Shown: piece after piece, positions 1 through 9,227 of the stretch | Position numbering within the stretch: position 1 is the first letter of the stretch | Layout: every line of letters begins with the position of its first letter | NCBI GenBank assembly: GCA_036770645.1 | Contig: DAIPIU010000002.1 | Location: forward strand, 4,076-68,075 | Direction: 5' to 3' | DNA length: 64,000 nucleotides | From: Rubrimonas sp. | Lineage (GTDB): Bacteria > Pseudomonadota > Alphaproteobacteria > Rhodobacterales > Rhodobacteraceae | Made by a program: the position numbers and the translations under genes | The notes under the pieces: generated by a model | Told to the model about the DNA's origin: nothing | Databases searched by the model: none | Seen by the model: the letters and a program-made list of their open reading frames with translations, nothing else

Positions 1-48
1 CACGCGCTGCGCGCCCACATCTCGGATGCCCGCGCCGAGGCCGCCTGA
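1..48 (+). CDS. 3' end of an upstream CDS (15 codons plus TGA), product unknown; possibly same operon as the following permease
   Basis: The frame is open from the window edge (HALRAHISDARAEAA-stop, TGA 46-48). It ends 12 nt before the next ATG. It is too short for a functional call. Confidence 0.3.
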   Translation, partial: HALRAHISDARAEAA

Positions 49-60
49 CAGGAGACGACC

Positions 61-909
61 ATGGCCGACATCGCGCTCGACGCCCCCGCGGCCGCCCCGG
101 CCCGCGCGCGCCGCCCGCTGTTCGCCTCGCGCCGGGCGCTGGAGAACGCGCTGCCTTGGATCATCGTGATCGGGCTGTTCGCGGTGTGGGAGGGCTGCGT
201 GCGCCTGTTCGAGGTGCCGCAATTCGTGCTGCCCGCGCCCTCGGTGATCTTCGAGGCGATGTGGCAGTGGCGCGGGCCGATCCTCGACAACGCCTGGCAG
301 ACCCTGTTCACCACCACCCTGGGCTTCGGCATCGCCATCGTGTTCGGGCTGGTGACGGGGGTGCTGATCGGATCCTCGACGCTGATCTACAACGGATTCT
401 ACCCGGTGCTGATCGGCTTCAACTCGATCCCCAAGGTGGCCGTGGTCCCGATCCTCGTGATCTGGTTCGGCATCGGCACCATCCCGGCCGTGATCACCGC
501 CTTCCTGATCTCGTTCTTCCCGATCCTCGTGAACGTCGCCACCGGCGTCGCCACCATCGAGCCGGAGCTTCGCGACGTGATGCGCGCGCTCGGGGCCTCG
601 AACCGCGACATCATGGTGAAGGTCGGCGTGCCGCGCTCGATGCCCTATTTCTTCGCGTCGCTGAAGATCGCCATCACGGTCGCTTTCGTCGGCTCGATCG
701 TCGCCGAGACGGTGGCGGCCAACAAGGGCATCGGCCACCTGATGATGGTGGCGTCCTCGCGCTTCGAGGTGCCGCTGGTCTTCGCTGGGCTGCTGGTCAC
801 GGCGGTGATGGGCGTGCTGATGTACGTCGTCGCCAACGCCGTCGAGCGCCGCATGACCGGCTGGGCCACCCGCGGCATGCCGGGCGGCGCGAGCGCCGCG
901 CCCACCTGA
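61..909 (+). CDS. ABC transporter permease, NitT/TauT (nitrate/sulfonate/taurine) family
   Basis: 282-aa ORF with AGGAG just upstream of ATG 61. It has multiple hydrophobic helices and an EAA-type loop (IEPELRDVMRALGASNRDIMVKVGVP) typical of SsuC/TauC-like permeases. Confidence 0.85.
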   Translation: MADIALDAPAAAPARARRPLFASRRALENALPWIIVIGLFAVWEGCVRLFEVPQFVLPAPSVIFEAMWQWRGPILDNAWQTLFTTTLGFGIAIVFGLVTGVLIGSSTLIYNGFYPVLIGFNSIPKVAVVPILVIWFGIGTIPAVITAFLISFFPILVNVATGVATIEPELRDVMRALGASNRDIMVKVGVPRSMPYFFASLKIAITVAFVGSIVAETVAANKGIGHLMMVASSRFEVPLVFAGLLVTAVMGVLMYVVANAVERRMTGWATRGMPGGASAAPT

Positions 910-1108
910 GGGGGACCGCCGCGGGGGTCGGATCGATCGCGGCGCGCCGGGCGGCATCCGGCGAACCGCCTTCGGCCGGGGACGGGCGGCATTGCGAACA
1001 TAGACAGTGCAGATAGCGAACAAAAAGTTCGTCGACCAAATTCGTCTTTTGAAAACAACGGTCCCGACTGGGGACAGGCGCCCCGCAGGTCGACCTCCGC
1101 TCCGGGAA

Positions 1109-2152
1109 TCAGCCCGCCGGGGCCCACTGCACCGCCTCGACCGACGGGGCGGCCGTCGCCAGCATCGCGAGGCGGTCGAAACCCAGCGCCACGCCCGAGG
1201 CCGGGGGCATCAGGGCGAGCGCGGCGAGGAAATCCTCGTCGATGGGGTAGCGCTCGCCGTGGACGCGCTGCTTCTCGTCCATCTCCGCCTCGAAGCGGCG
1301 GCGCTGCTCGGCGGCGTCGGTCAGTTCGCCGAAGCCGTTCGCCAGTTCCACCCCGCAGGCGTAAAGCTCGAAGCGCTCCGCCAACCGCGGGTCGTCGGCG
1401 CAGCGGCGCGCCAGCGCGGCCTCGGCGGCGGGGTAGCGGTCGAGCACGGTCGGCCGGCCGATCCCGAGCCGCGGCTCGACGAAGGCGACCAGCAGCCGCG
1501 ACAGGATGTCGGACCAGCCGTCGTCGGGGGCGGTGCGCAGCCCCGCGCCCTCGGCCGCCGCCCGCAGGGCGCGCCCGTCGGTGGACCCGTCCGGCCCGAT
1601 GCTCGCCATCAGGTCGACGCCCGCGTGCCGGCCCACCGCATCGGCCAGCGTCACGCGCTCGGCCTCCGCGAAGGGGTCGCAGACGGCATCGCGCCAGCGC
1701 AGCACGCGCGTCCCCGCCGCCTCGGCCGCCAGCCGCAGGAAGGCCAGCGCATCGGCGATCACCGCGTCGTAGGGGGCGTGGGCGCGGTACCATTCCAGCA
1801 TGGTGAATTCGGGCGCGTGCAGCGGCCCGCGCTCGCGGTTGCGCCAGACATGGGCGAAGGCGAAGATCCGCGTCTCGCCCGCCGCCAGCAGCTTCTTCAT
1901 CGCGAATTCGGGCGAGGTGTGCAGCCACAGCCCCCGCCGCGCCCCGTCCGGCCCGATCGCCTCGGCGCCGAAGGCGTGCAGATGCGCCTCGCAGCCCGGC
2001 GAGACCTGCAGCGCCGCCGGATCCACCTCGGTGAAGCCGTCCGCCTCGAGCCGGCCCGCCACCGCGCGCCGCATGGCGTTGCGCGCCAGCAGGGCCGGGC
2101 GGCGGTCGGCGTGGCGCGCGGGCGACCACCAGGGCGAGGGCGTGCCGGGCAT
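1109..2152 (-). CDS. epmA: EF-P lysine ligase (EpmA/GenX/PoxA, truncated class II LysRS paralog)
   Basis: Class II aaRS-like motifs are present: [39 protein letters not shown]. The 646-aa track ORF was trimmed to ATG at 2152 (MPGTPSPWW) so that it does not run antisense through efp. The gene is divergent from efp. Confidence 0.85.
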   Translation of the reverse strand: MPGTPSPWWSPARHADRRPALLARNAMRRAVAGRLEADGFTEVDPAALQVSPGCEAHLHAFGAEAIGPDGARRGLWLHTSPEFAMKKLLAAGETRIFAFAHVWRNRERGPLHAPEFTMLEWYRAHAPYDAVIADALAFLRLAAEAAGTRVLRWRDAVCDPFAEAERVTLADAVGRHAGVDLMASIGPDGSTDGRALRAAAEGAGLRTAPDDGWSDILSRLLVAFVEPRLGIGRPTVLDRYPAAEAALARRCADDPRLAERFELYACGVELANGFGELTDAAEQRRRFEAEMDEKQRVHGERYPIDEDFLAALALMPPASGVALGFDRLAMLATAAPSVEAVQWAPAG

Positions 2153-2263
2153 GGGCTGTCCGTGGGGCTTTCCGTCTGGCGTCGCGGCGCGCGGCGCGCT
2201 AACTGCGGGGAAACGCTTCGCGCCTTCCTGACGGACGGGCCGCGCCAACGCAAGGACGCCCCC

Positions 2264-2833
2264 ATGGCCAAGGTCATCGCCTCCACCCTGCGCAAGGGCA
2301 ACGTCGTGGACATCGACGGGCGGCTTTATGTCGTGCTGACCGCGCAGAACTTCCACCCCGGCAAGGGCACGCCGGTCACGCAGGTCGACATGCGCCGCAT
2401 CTCGGACGGCGTGAAGGTGTCGGAGCGCTGGAAGACCACCGAGCAGGTCGAGCGCGCCACGGTGGACGAGCGCGAATACGCCTTCCTCTACGAGGACGGC
2501 GAGGGCTTCCACTTCATGGAGCCCGAGACCTTCGAGCAGATCACCGCCCCCGAGGATGTGGTCGGCGACATGAAGCCCTTCCTGACCGATGGGATGAAGG
2601 CCTTCCTCAAGGTGCACGAGGGCGTGGTGATCGGCATGGAACTGCCCGCCCGCGTCACAGTCGAGGTCGCCGAGACCGAACCCGTCACCAAGGGGCAGAC
2701 CGCGTCCTCGTCCTACAAGCCCGCCATCTGCACCAACGGCGTGCGCGTGATGGTGCCGCCCCATATCGGCGCGGGCACCCGGATCGTGATCCAGACCGAG
2801 GACAACGCCTACGTCGAGCGCGCCAAGGATTGA
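2264..2833 (+). CDS. efp: Translation elongation factor P
   Basis: 189 aa starting [24 protein letters not shown]...FHPGKGTPV, with the conserved loop lysine. The full three-domain length is present. The ATG is in frame inside track ORF 1007..2833. Confidence 0.95.
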   Translation: MAKVIASTLRKGNVVDIDGRLYVVLTAQNFHPGKGTPVTQVDMRRISDGVKVSERWKTTEQVERATVDEREYAFLYEDGEGFHFMEPETFEQITAPEDVVGDMKPFLTDGMKAFLKVHEGVVIGMELPARVTVEVAETEPVTKGQTASSSYKPAICTNGVRVMVPPHIGAGTRIVIQTEDNAYVERAKD

Positions 2834-2841
2834 GGGCGCGC

Positions 2842-3270
2842 TCAGCCCCGGCCGGTCAGCACGGCGAGGTCGGCCGCGTCCAGCGCCACGGGCATGCCCC
2901 CGCGGATCAGTTCCGCGAAGCCCTCGTTCGGGGCCATCACCGTGAGCGCATAGAGCCGCCCGGGCCCGGTGTTGCGCACCACATGCTCCTTGCCCGGCGG
3001 CAGCATGAGGAACGAGCCCTTCCGCAGCGGCACCTCCGCCCCGTCGCACAGGCCCACGCCCTCGCCCTCAAGGATATAGAAGAACTCGACCGCGGCGGCG
3101 TGCGTGTTCGGCGGCGTCGCGCCCCCGGGCTCGTATATCTCGACGATGGCGGTGAAGGGCACGCCCTCCGCCAGCGGGTCGGCCAGGCAGGCGAAGTAGT
3201 TCGTGTCGCCGGGCGCGATCCGGAAGGCCCGGAGATCCCCGGGGTTCTTGGCGACGGGCGTGGCGATCAT
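2842..3270 (-). CDS. Cupin domain protein
   Basis: 142 aa with cupin motifs PPNTHAAAVEFFYILEGEG and PPGKEHVVRN. The start ATG overlaps the upstream gene's stop (ATGA). Confidence 0.8.
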   Translation of the reverse strand: MIATPVAKNPGDLRAFRIAPGDTNYFACLADPLAEGVPFTAIVEIYEPGGATPPNTHAAAVEFFYILEGEGVGLCDGAEVPLRKGSFLMLPPGKEHVVRNTGPGRLYALTVMAPNEGFAELIRGGMPVALDAADLAVLTGRG

Positions 3271-4049
3271 GGGGCACTGTCCGCGAAGGCCGCGCGCAGG
3301 GCGTCGCTGCGGCAGGTGAAGCCGAAGATCTGCCTCGCATTGTAGAGCGTCGCCGCAAGGCAGAACTCCGGCGAGGTGGTGGCCGTCGCATCCTCGACGA
3401 GGATGGTGTCGTAGCCGAGGAAATTGGCGTCGGCGAGCGTGTGCAGCACGCACTGGTCGGCGTTCACGCCCCCGAACAGCAGCGTGTCCACCCGCAGCCG
3501 GCGCAGGACGCTGTCGAGCGGCGTGTCCCAGAAGCCGCTCATGCGGTGCTTGTCGATGCGGAGGTCGCCGGGCTCGGGGGACAGATCGCCGATCACCGCC
3601 GCGCCCCAGCTTCCCGCCGTCAGCACCGGCGCGGCGCGCGGCCCCGCCGGGTCGCCGAGGCCGCGGCCCCGCCCGGCCGGGTCGTAGACATGGCGCAGGG
3701 CGGGCGAGAGATTGGCGCGGTCGGGCCGCGCGCCCCAGTTCACCCACACCACCGGCACCCCGGCGGCGCGGGCGGCGGGGATCAGCGCCGCGAGCGGGGC
3801 GATGCAGGCGCGGGCGGGGGCGGGATCGACCCCGATGCCTGCCAGCCAGCCATCGGGGTGCAGGAAATCGTTCTGCATGTCGACGACCAGCAGCGCCGCG
3901 CGGGCCAAGTCGATCCGGACGGGCTTGGGCAGCGCCGGCACCCAGGCCGGGCGGGCCGGCCGCGCGGGGCGCACGAGGTCCGCACGCGCGTCGCCGACGC
4001 GCCAGCGGTCGCGGTCGTTGGGGCCGAGCGGGGCGAGATCGTCGTCCAT
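3267..4049 (-). CDS. Isochorismatase-family cysteine hydrolase (RutB-like amidohydrolase)
   Basis: Motifs LLVVDMQNDF, KHRMSGFWDTPLDSVLRRL, GGVNADQCVLHT (nucleophile Cys) and VEDATAT resemble RutB and isochorismatase hydrolases. The start was taken at MDDDLAPL; ATG 4085 is an alternative. The longer track ORF would overlap rplT. Confidence 0.8.
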   Translation of the reverse strand: MDDDLAPLGPNDRDRWRVGDARADLVRPARPARPAWVPALPKPVRIDLARAALLVVDMQNDFLHPDGWLAGIGVDPAPARACIAPLAALIPAARAAGVPVVWVNWGARPDRANLSPALRHVYDPAGRGRGLGDPAGPRAAPVLTAGSWGAAVIGDLSPEPGDLRIDKHRMSGFWDTPLDSVLRRLRVDTLLFGGVNADQCVLHTLADANFLGYDTILVEDATATTSPEFCLAATLYNARQIFGFTCRSDALRAAFADSAP

Positions 4050-4176
4050 GGCGGCAGTCTGGCGCGGTGCGCGGATACCGTCCATGGCACCGGGCCGGCG
4101 CTGGCCCGCGCGGGGGGCCGGCGCCCGGGAATCGGGCGGCGGCGGGGGCGATTCGCCCAAGGGACGGGCGCGGGCC

Positions 4177-4542
4177 TCAGGCGGCGAGGGCGGCCTTGGC
4201 CTTCTCGACCACGGCGGCGAAGGCCGCGGGTTCATGGATGGCGAGGTCGGACAGCACCTTGCGGTCGACCTCGACGCCCGACTTGGTCAGGCCGTCGATG
4301 AGGCGGCTGTAGGTCAGCGTCGCGTCGAGCTCGCGCACGGCGGCGTTGATGCGCTGGATCCACAGGGCGCGGAACGTCCGCTTGCGCACCTTGCGGTCGC
4401 GCGTCGCGTACTGTTCCGCCTTCATCACCGACTGCTTGGCGACACGGAAGACGCTGTTGCGCCGACCGTAATGGCCCTTGGCCTTGTCGAGGATCTTCTT
4501 GTGGCGCGCGTGCTGGACGACGCCGCGTTTGACTCGGGACAT
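4177..4542 (-). CDS. rplT: 50S ribosomal protein L20
   Basis: 121 aa starting [28 protein letters not shown]..., an unmistakable L20. Confidence 0.97.
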   Translation of the reverse strand: MSRVKRGVVQHARHKKILDKAKGHYGRRNSVFRVAKQSVMKAEQYATRDRKVRKRTFRALWIQRINAAVRELDATLTYSRLIDGLTKSGVEVDRKVLSDLAIHEPAAFAAVVEKAKAALAA

Positions 4543-4554
4543 CTGCGGGCCTCC

Positions 4555-4755
4555 TCAGCGGTTGTAGGGCATGTAGGTCTTGACGATCTTCGTGTCCGGT
4601 TCGCTGAGGATCATGGTCCCCCTCGCGTCGCGGATGAACTTCGTCGTGCGCTTGATCATGCCGTGGCGCTTGCCGGCCTGCTGGACCTTGACCCGTCCGG
4701 TCGCGGTCATGCGGAAGCGCTTCTTGGCGCCCGACTTGGTCTTCATCTTGGGCAT
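4555..4755 (-). CDS. rpmI: 50S ribosomal protein L35
   Basis: 66 aa starting [23 protein letters not shown]..., located 12 nt upstream of rplT. Confidence 0.97.
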   Translation of the reverse strand: MPKMKTKSGAKKRFRMTATGRVKVQQAGKRHGMIKRTTKFIRDARGTMILSEPDTKIVKTYMPYNR

Positions 4756-4990
4756 TTCGCTCTCCTGCGTGCAGGTGTGCCTTGCGACCCGCCGCGGCAG
4801 CCCGTTCAGGCCGGGCAGGTCCGGTGAAGCCGCGGTGATTAGGGCGAAAGCCGCCGTCTCGCAAGGGGCTGTGGCAGCGCGGCGACGGGGCGGGGGCGAC
4901 CTGCGCCCGGCGTCCCGCGCCGTCGCGCAACCGTTGCGCGATCATGCTTAATCGCGATGGCCTGCGACTCTACAAATCGGGGAGACACCC

Positions 4991-6061
4991 ATGCATCCGC
5001 GCCGGATCTCGACCATCGCCCTGCTCGCCGCGTTCGCGGCCGCGCCTGCGCTCGCCCAACAGGCACCGACCACGGTGAGCAGCAGCAACTTCAACGTCCG
5101 CGTCGGCGGCTTCATGACGCTGGGCCTCGGCTATGTCGACAGCGACGCGCACAACGCCGAGGTCGAGATCGTCAACGACTCGGAAGTCATCTTCAATTTC
5201 AGCTTGAATGCGGACAACGGCCTGACATTCTTTGCCAAGGCGGAGATCGAGAACAACGGCGGCCCGACGACCTCCGACGAATACGTCGGCGGCGTGCGCG
5301 GCTTCTTCGGCACCATCGAGGTCGGGGCCGAGGATGGCGCGCAGGACCGGCTGGCGGGCAGCGGGCGCATGGCGGGCGGCATGACCGTAACCTCGGTGGT
5401 CGACGGCAACGGCTTCCTGTTCGACTACGCCGCCGCCGAATCGCCGTTCCGGCAGACCGACTTCAACGGCAACGACACCGGCGACGACCTGAAGGCGACC
5501 TACTTCACGCCGCGTTTTTCCGGACTCCAGGCGGGCGTCTCCTACGCGAACGCCTCCGAGGGGCCGACCTCGACCGCCGGTTCGAACGGAGGACGCGAGG
5601 CGTTCGAACTCGGCGCGAATTTCATGCAGAAGTTCGGGGAGTTCGGTGTCGATGTCTGGGCCGGTTACGTCGGCTTCAGCGATCCGTACAATCCTCGCGT
5701 GCGGGGCCTCAGTCCCGACGACACATATAATTTCGGGACCAATCTCGGCTATGCCGGCTTCACGGTCGGGGCCACCTATTTCAGCAGCGCCTACAAGGAT
5801 ACGGGCGCGGCCGACGACGAGGCCTACGGCGTCGGCGTCGGTTACGCCACCGGGCCGTGGAGCTTCGGCCTGCAGTATGGCGAATACATCGGCGGCAGCG
5901 CCGAGGACGATTACGGCGTCTCGTTCGGGGCCGAATACGCCCTCGCGCCGGGCGTGATGATCGGCGGCGCGCTGGAATACGCCGACGGCAAGAACCTGAA
6001 CCGCAACGAGGGGTCCACGGACGCCTTCGCCGCCGGCGTGTTGCTGGGCCTGAACTTCTGA
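4991..6061 (+). CDS. Outer-membrane general porin (Rhodobacter-type)
   Basis: Signal peptide MHPRRISTIALLAAFAAAPALA/QQ. The sequence is Gly/Tyr-rich with an alternating beta-strand pattern and a C-terminal LLGLNF. GGGGAGA SD lies upstream. Confidence 0.85.
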   Translation: MHPRRISTIALLAAFAAAPALAQQAPTTVSSSNFNVRVGGFMTLGLGYVDSDAHNAEVEIVNDSEVIFNFSLNADNGLTFFAKAEIENNGGPTTSDEYVGGVRGFFGTIEVGAEDGAQDRLAGSGRMAGGMTVTSVVDGNGFLFDYAAAESPFRQTDFNGNDTGDDLKATYFTPRFSGLQAGVSYANASEGPTSTAGSNGGREAFELGANFMQKFGEFGVDVWAGYVGFSDPYNPRVRGLSPDDTYNFGTNLGYAGFTVGATYFSSAYKDTGAADDEAYGVGVGYATGPWSFGLQYGEYIGGSAEDDYGVSFGAEYALAPGVMIGGALEYADGKNLNRNEGSTDAFAAGVLLGLNF

Positions 6062-6097
6062 GGGCTGGCCGCCGGCCGCCGGATCGGCTTTCCTCGC

Positions 6098-6135
6098 GGG
6101 GCCGGGCGCGCGTCGCCCGGCCCCGTTCCGTTTCG
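6098..6135 (+). terminator. Rho-independent-like terminator after the porin gene
   Basis: 11-bp perfect stem GGGGCCGGGCG/CGCCCGGCCCC with loop CGCGT, followed by the T-containing tail GTTCCGTTTCG. Confidence 0.5.
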
Positions 6136-6142
6136 AGGCCGC

Positions 6143-6799
6143 ATGTCCCTGTCCGCCATCCGTGCCCGCATCGCCGCGGCCGAAGCCGCCGCCGGCAGGC
6201 CCGAAGGGTCGGTCCGCCTGATCGCCGTCTCGAAAGTCCAGCCGCCCGAGCGCGTGGAGGCCGTGCTCGAGGCCGGGCACCGCCTGTTCGGCGAGAACCG
6301 CGTGCAGGAGGCGCAGGGGCGCTGGCCGCCATTCCGGGCACGCTATCCGGGCGTCGCGCTGCACCTGATCGGGCCGCTGCAGACCAACAAGGCCCGCGCG
6401 GCGGTCGAGATGTTCGACGCGATCCACAGCCTGGACCGCGACCGCCTTGCGGCGAAACTGGCCGACGCCATGGCGGCGACCGGCCGGGCGCCCGCGCTGT
6501 TCGTGCAGGTCAACACCGGGGCCGAGCCGCAGAAGGCCGGTGTTCTGCCCGACGACGCCGACGCCTTCCTCGCCGCCTGCCGCCGCGACTACGGCCTGCA
6601 TCCAGAAGGGCTCATGTGCATCCCGCCGGCGGACGCGGACCCCGCGCCGCATTTCCGCCTGCTGGCCGCCATCGCCGCGCGAAACGGGCTGTCCGGCCTG
6701 TCGATGGGCATGAGCGACGATTTCGAGACCGCCATCGCCTGCGGGGCCACCCATGTGCGGGTGGGCTCTGCGATCTTCGGGGCGCGCGCGGCGGGCTAG
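6143..6799 (+). CDS. yggS: YggS-family pyridoxal-phosphate homeostasis protein
   Basis: 218 aa with LIAVSKVQP (PLP Lys), GHRLFGENRVQE and HLIGPLQTNK motifs. Confidence 0.9.
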   Translation: MSLSAIRARIAAAEAAAGRPEGSVRLIAVSKVQPPERVEAVLEAGHRLFGENRVQEAQGRWPPFRARYPGVALHLIGPLQTNKARAAVEMFDAIHSLDRDRLAAKLADAMAATGRAPALFVQVNTGAEPQKAGVLPDDADAFLAACRRDYGLHPEGLMCIPPADADPAPHFRLLAAIAARNGLSGLSMGMSDDFETAIACGATHVRVGSAIFGARAAG

Positions 6800-7057
6800 C
6801 GCTGCAGCCGTTCGGGCCGGATCGGGAACGCCGCGCGGGTCCGGCCCGGTCCCGGGTCGGGACCGTTGAATTGGCCCGCCTTTCTTGGAGAAACTTGCCG
6901 TGAACGCGGGGTGGTCCCGGGCGATCGGCCGATTCCGAACGGTCGGTCGGCGCTGTTGGCCCGGCACGCGCGACCGATCCGCGACCATGCCGGCGACGAT
7001 GGCGCCGCGCCCGGCCCGACGGCGTCGGGCGCAGCCCCGGCCCCGGGGCGGCGGGCC

Positions 7058-8239
7058 TCAGCCGCGCTCGACCGCGACCGCGGTGGCCTCGCCGCCGCCG
7101 ATGCAAAGGGCGGCGACGCCGCGCTTCAGGCCGTGGCGTTCCAGCGCGTGCAGCAGGGTCGCGACGATGCGCGCGCCCGAGGCCCCGATGGGGTGGCCCA
7201 GCGCGCAGGCCCCGCCATGCACGTTCATGCGGTCATGGGCGATGCCGAGCTCGGCCATCGCCGCCATGGGCACCACCGCGAAGGCCTCGTTGACCTCCCA
7301 CAACTCCACGTCGGAGACCGTCCAGCCGACGCGGTCCAGCAGCTTGCGGATCGCGGGCACGGGGGCGGTGGCGAACAGGCCGGGGGCCTGGGCGTGGGTG
7401 GCGTGCGCCAGCAGGCGGCCGCGCACCGCGCGGCCCTCGGCCCGCGCGTCGGCCGCGCGCATCAGCACCAGCGCCGCGGCGCCGTCCGAGATGGAGGAGG
7501 CGTTGGCCGCGGTGACGGTGCCGCCTTCGCGGAAGGCGGGCTTCAGCCGTGCGATCTTCTCCGGGCGCGCGGCGGCCGGCTGCTCGTCGGCCGCGACCGT
7601 CGCGGACCCGGCGCGGCCCGCGACGGCGACGGGCGCGATCTCGGCCGCGAAGGCCCCGCCCGCCTGCGCCGCCAGCGCCCGCTCGAGCGAGGCGAGCGCA
7701 TAGGCGTCCTGCCGCTCGCGGGTGAAGCCGTAGGCCATCGCGCAATCCTCGGCGAAGCTGCCCATCAGGCGGCCGCGTTCATGGGCGTCCTCGAGCCCGT
7801 CGAGGAACATGTGGTCCAGCATCTGCACATGGCCGATCCGCGCCCCGGCGCGCATCTTGGGCGCGAGGTAAGGGGCGTTGCTCATGCTCTCCATGCCGCC
7901 CGCGACGATCACGCGGCCCTCGCCGGCGCGCAGCGCGTCCATCGCCTGCATCGCGGCCTTCATGCCCGAGCCGCACATCTTGTTGACCGTGGCGCATGGC
8001 GCCGCCTCGGGCAGACCCGCCGCGAGCGCGGCCTGGCGCGCCGGGGCCTGGCCGAGGCCGGCGGGCAGCACGCAGCCCATCACCACCTCGTCGACCGACT
8101 CGGCCGCGACGCCCGCGGCCGCAACGGCGGCGCGGATCGCGGCGGCCCCGAGCAGCGGCGCGGCGACCGGGGCCAGCGCGCCCTGGAAGCCGCCCATCGG
8201 CGTGCGCATCGCGGCAAGGATGGCGACGGGTTCGGACAT
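7058..8239 (-). CDS. Acetyl-CoA C-acetyltransferase (thiolase II)
   Basis: 393 aa with VNKMCGSGMKA (Cys), NVHGGACALGHPIGASGARI and ALCIGGGEA. The track ORF was trimmed to MSEPVAILAAMRTPMG. Confidence 0.93.
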   Translation of the reverse strand: MSEPVAILAAMRTPMGGFQGALAPVAAPLLGAAAIRAAVAAAGVAAESVDEVVMGCVLPAGLGQAPARQAALAAGLPEAAPCATVNKMCGSGMKAAMQAMDALRAGEGRVIVAGGMESMSNAPYLAPKMRAGARIGHVQMLDHMFLDGLEDAHERGRLMGSFAEDCAMAYGFTRERQDAYALASLERALAAQAGGAFAAEIAPVAVAGRAGSATVAADEQPAAARPEKIARLKPAFREGGTVTAANASSISDGAAALVLMRAADARAEGRAVRGRLLAHATHAQAPGLFATAPVPAIRKLLDRVGWTVSDVELWEVNEAFAVVPMAAMAELGIAHDRMNVHGGACALGHPIGASGARIVATLLHALERHGLKRGVAALCIGGGEATAVAVERG

Positions 8240-8390
8240 GGCGGCTCTCTCCCCGATGTGGCGCCCGTTCCCGGCGCCTGCGACGCGCGAGCCTAGCGCG
8301 GGCCGCTGTCCCGCGGAACCCGCCCGGCAGCCGGCGCGCCGCCGTCGCGGGGTGCCAAGCGCGGCGAGCCCGGCCATCGGATGCGCAGGC

Positions 8391-8445
8391 GGGGCGCCCA
8401 GACGGGGGGCAATACGGGGCGGCCATATGGGGCGCCCAGACGGGG
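8391..8445. repeat. 17-bp perfect direct repeat GGGGCGCCCAGACGGGG x2 (8391-8407 and 8429-8445)
   Basis: Read directly from the sequence. It lies in the 366-bp divergent thiolase/lysE spacer. Confidence 0.7.
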
Positions 8446-8606
8446 CGGGCGCGTGCCGGGGTCGGCCGGCGATGCGCCCGAACCGGGTGCGATGCGCAGC
8501 GTCCCCGCCGATGGACACCCGCCGGATGCGCCCGGCCCGTCGCGACGCGGGTCGCGCGTCGCGGACGCGATTGACGGGCGCGAGGGCGCCGCCCCATGGT
8601 CGCGCC

Positions 8607-9227
8607 ATGGTCGATCATGCGCTTCTCCTCGCCTTCCTGCCCGCCGCGGCCGTGCTGCTGGTCACGCCGGGGCCGGACATGCTGTTCTGCCTGGGGCAGG
8701 GGCTGAAGGGCGGGCCGCGCGCGGCGCTGGCCGCCGATGCCGGCGTGGCGACGGGGGTGCTGGCGCATGCGATGGCGGGGGGCCTTGGCCTCGCCGCGCT
8801 GGTGGCGGCATGGCCCGCGGCCTTCGAGGCGATCCGCTGGCTGGGCGTCGCCTACCTGCTGTGGGTGGCGTGGCGGGCGCTGCGCGAACCCTTCGGCGGC
8901 GGCGGGGCGCGGTCCGGCGGCAGGCCGGGGCTTGCGTTCCGCGACGGGCTGGCGACCAACCTCTCGAACCCCAAGGTGCTGCTTTTCATGCTGGCGCTGC
9001 TGCCGCAGTTCGTGCGGCCGGAGGCAGGCCCCGTGCTGCCCCAGTTCCTGATCCTCGGCGCGGTGCTGGCGTTCGGCGCGCTGCTCGTGAACGGCGCGGT
9101 CGGCCTGATGGCGGGCGGCATCGGCGGCGCGCTGGCGCGCTCGCCGCGCGTCGAGCGCGCGACCCGCTTCGTGACCGCGGTCCTGTTCGCGGGGCTCGCG
9201 CTCCGCCTCGCGCTGGAGCGCCGCTGA
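8607..9227 (+). CDS. LysE/RhtB-family amino-acid exporter
   Basis: 206 aa with an N-terminal LVTPGPDMLF motif, NLSNPKVLLFMLALLPQF, and about 6 TM helices. Confidence 0.85.
   Translation: MVDHALLLAFLPAAAVLLVTPGPDMLFCLGQGLKGGPRAALAADAGVATGVLAHAMAGGLGLAALVAAWPAAFEAIRWLGVAYLLWVAWRALREPFGGGGARSGGRPGLAFRDGLATNLSNPKVLLFMLALLPQFVRPEAGPVLPQFLILGAVLAFGALLVNGAVGLMAGGIGGALARSPRVERATRFVTAVLFAGLALRLALERR

Noticed and set aside
2153-3049. An extension of the epmA ORF to 646 aa
   Set aside because: The extra 5' part runs antisense across efp and the cupin gene and has no aaRS-like sequence. The EpmA homology begins right after ATG 2152.
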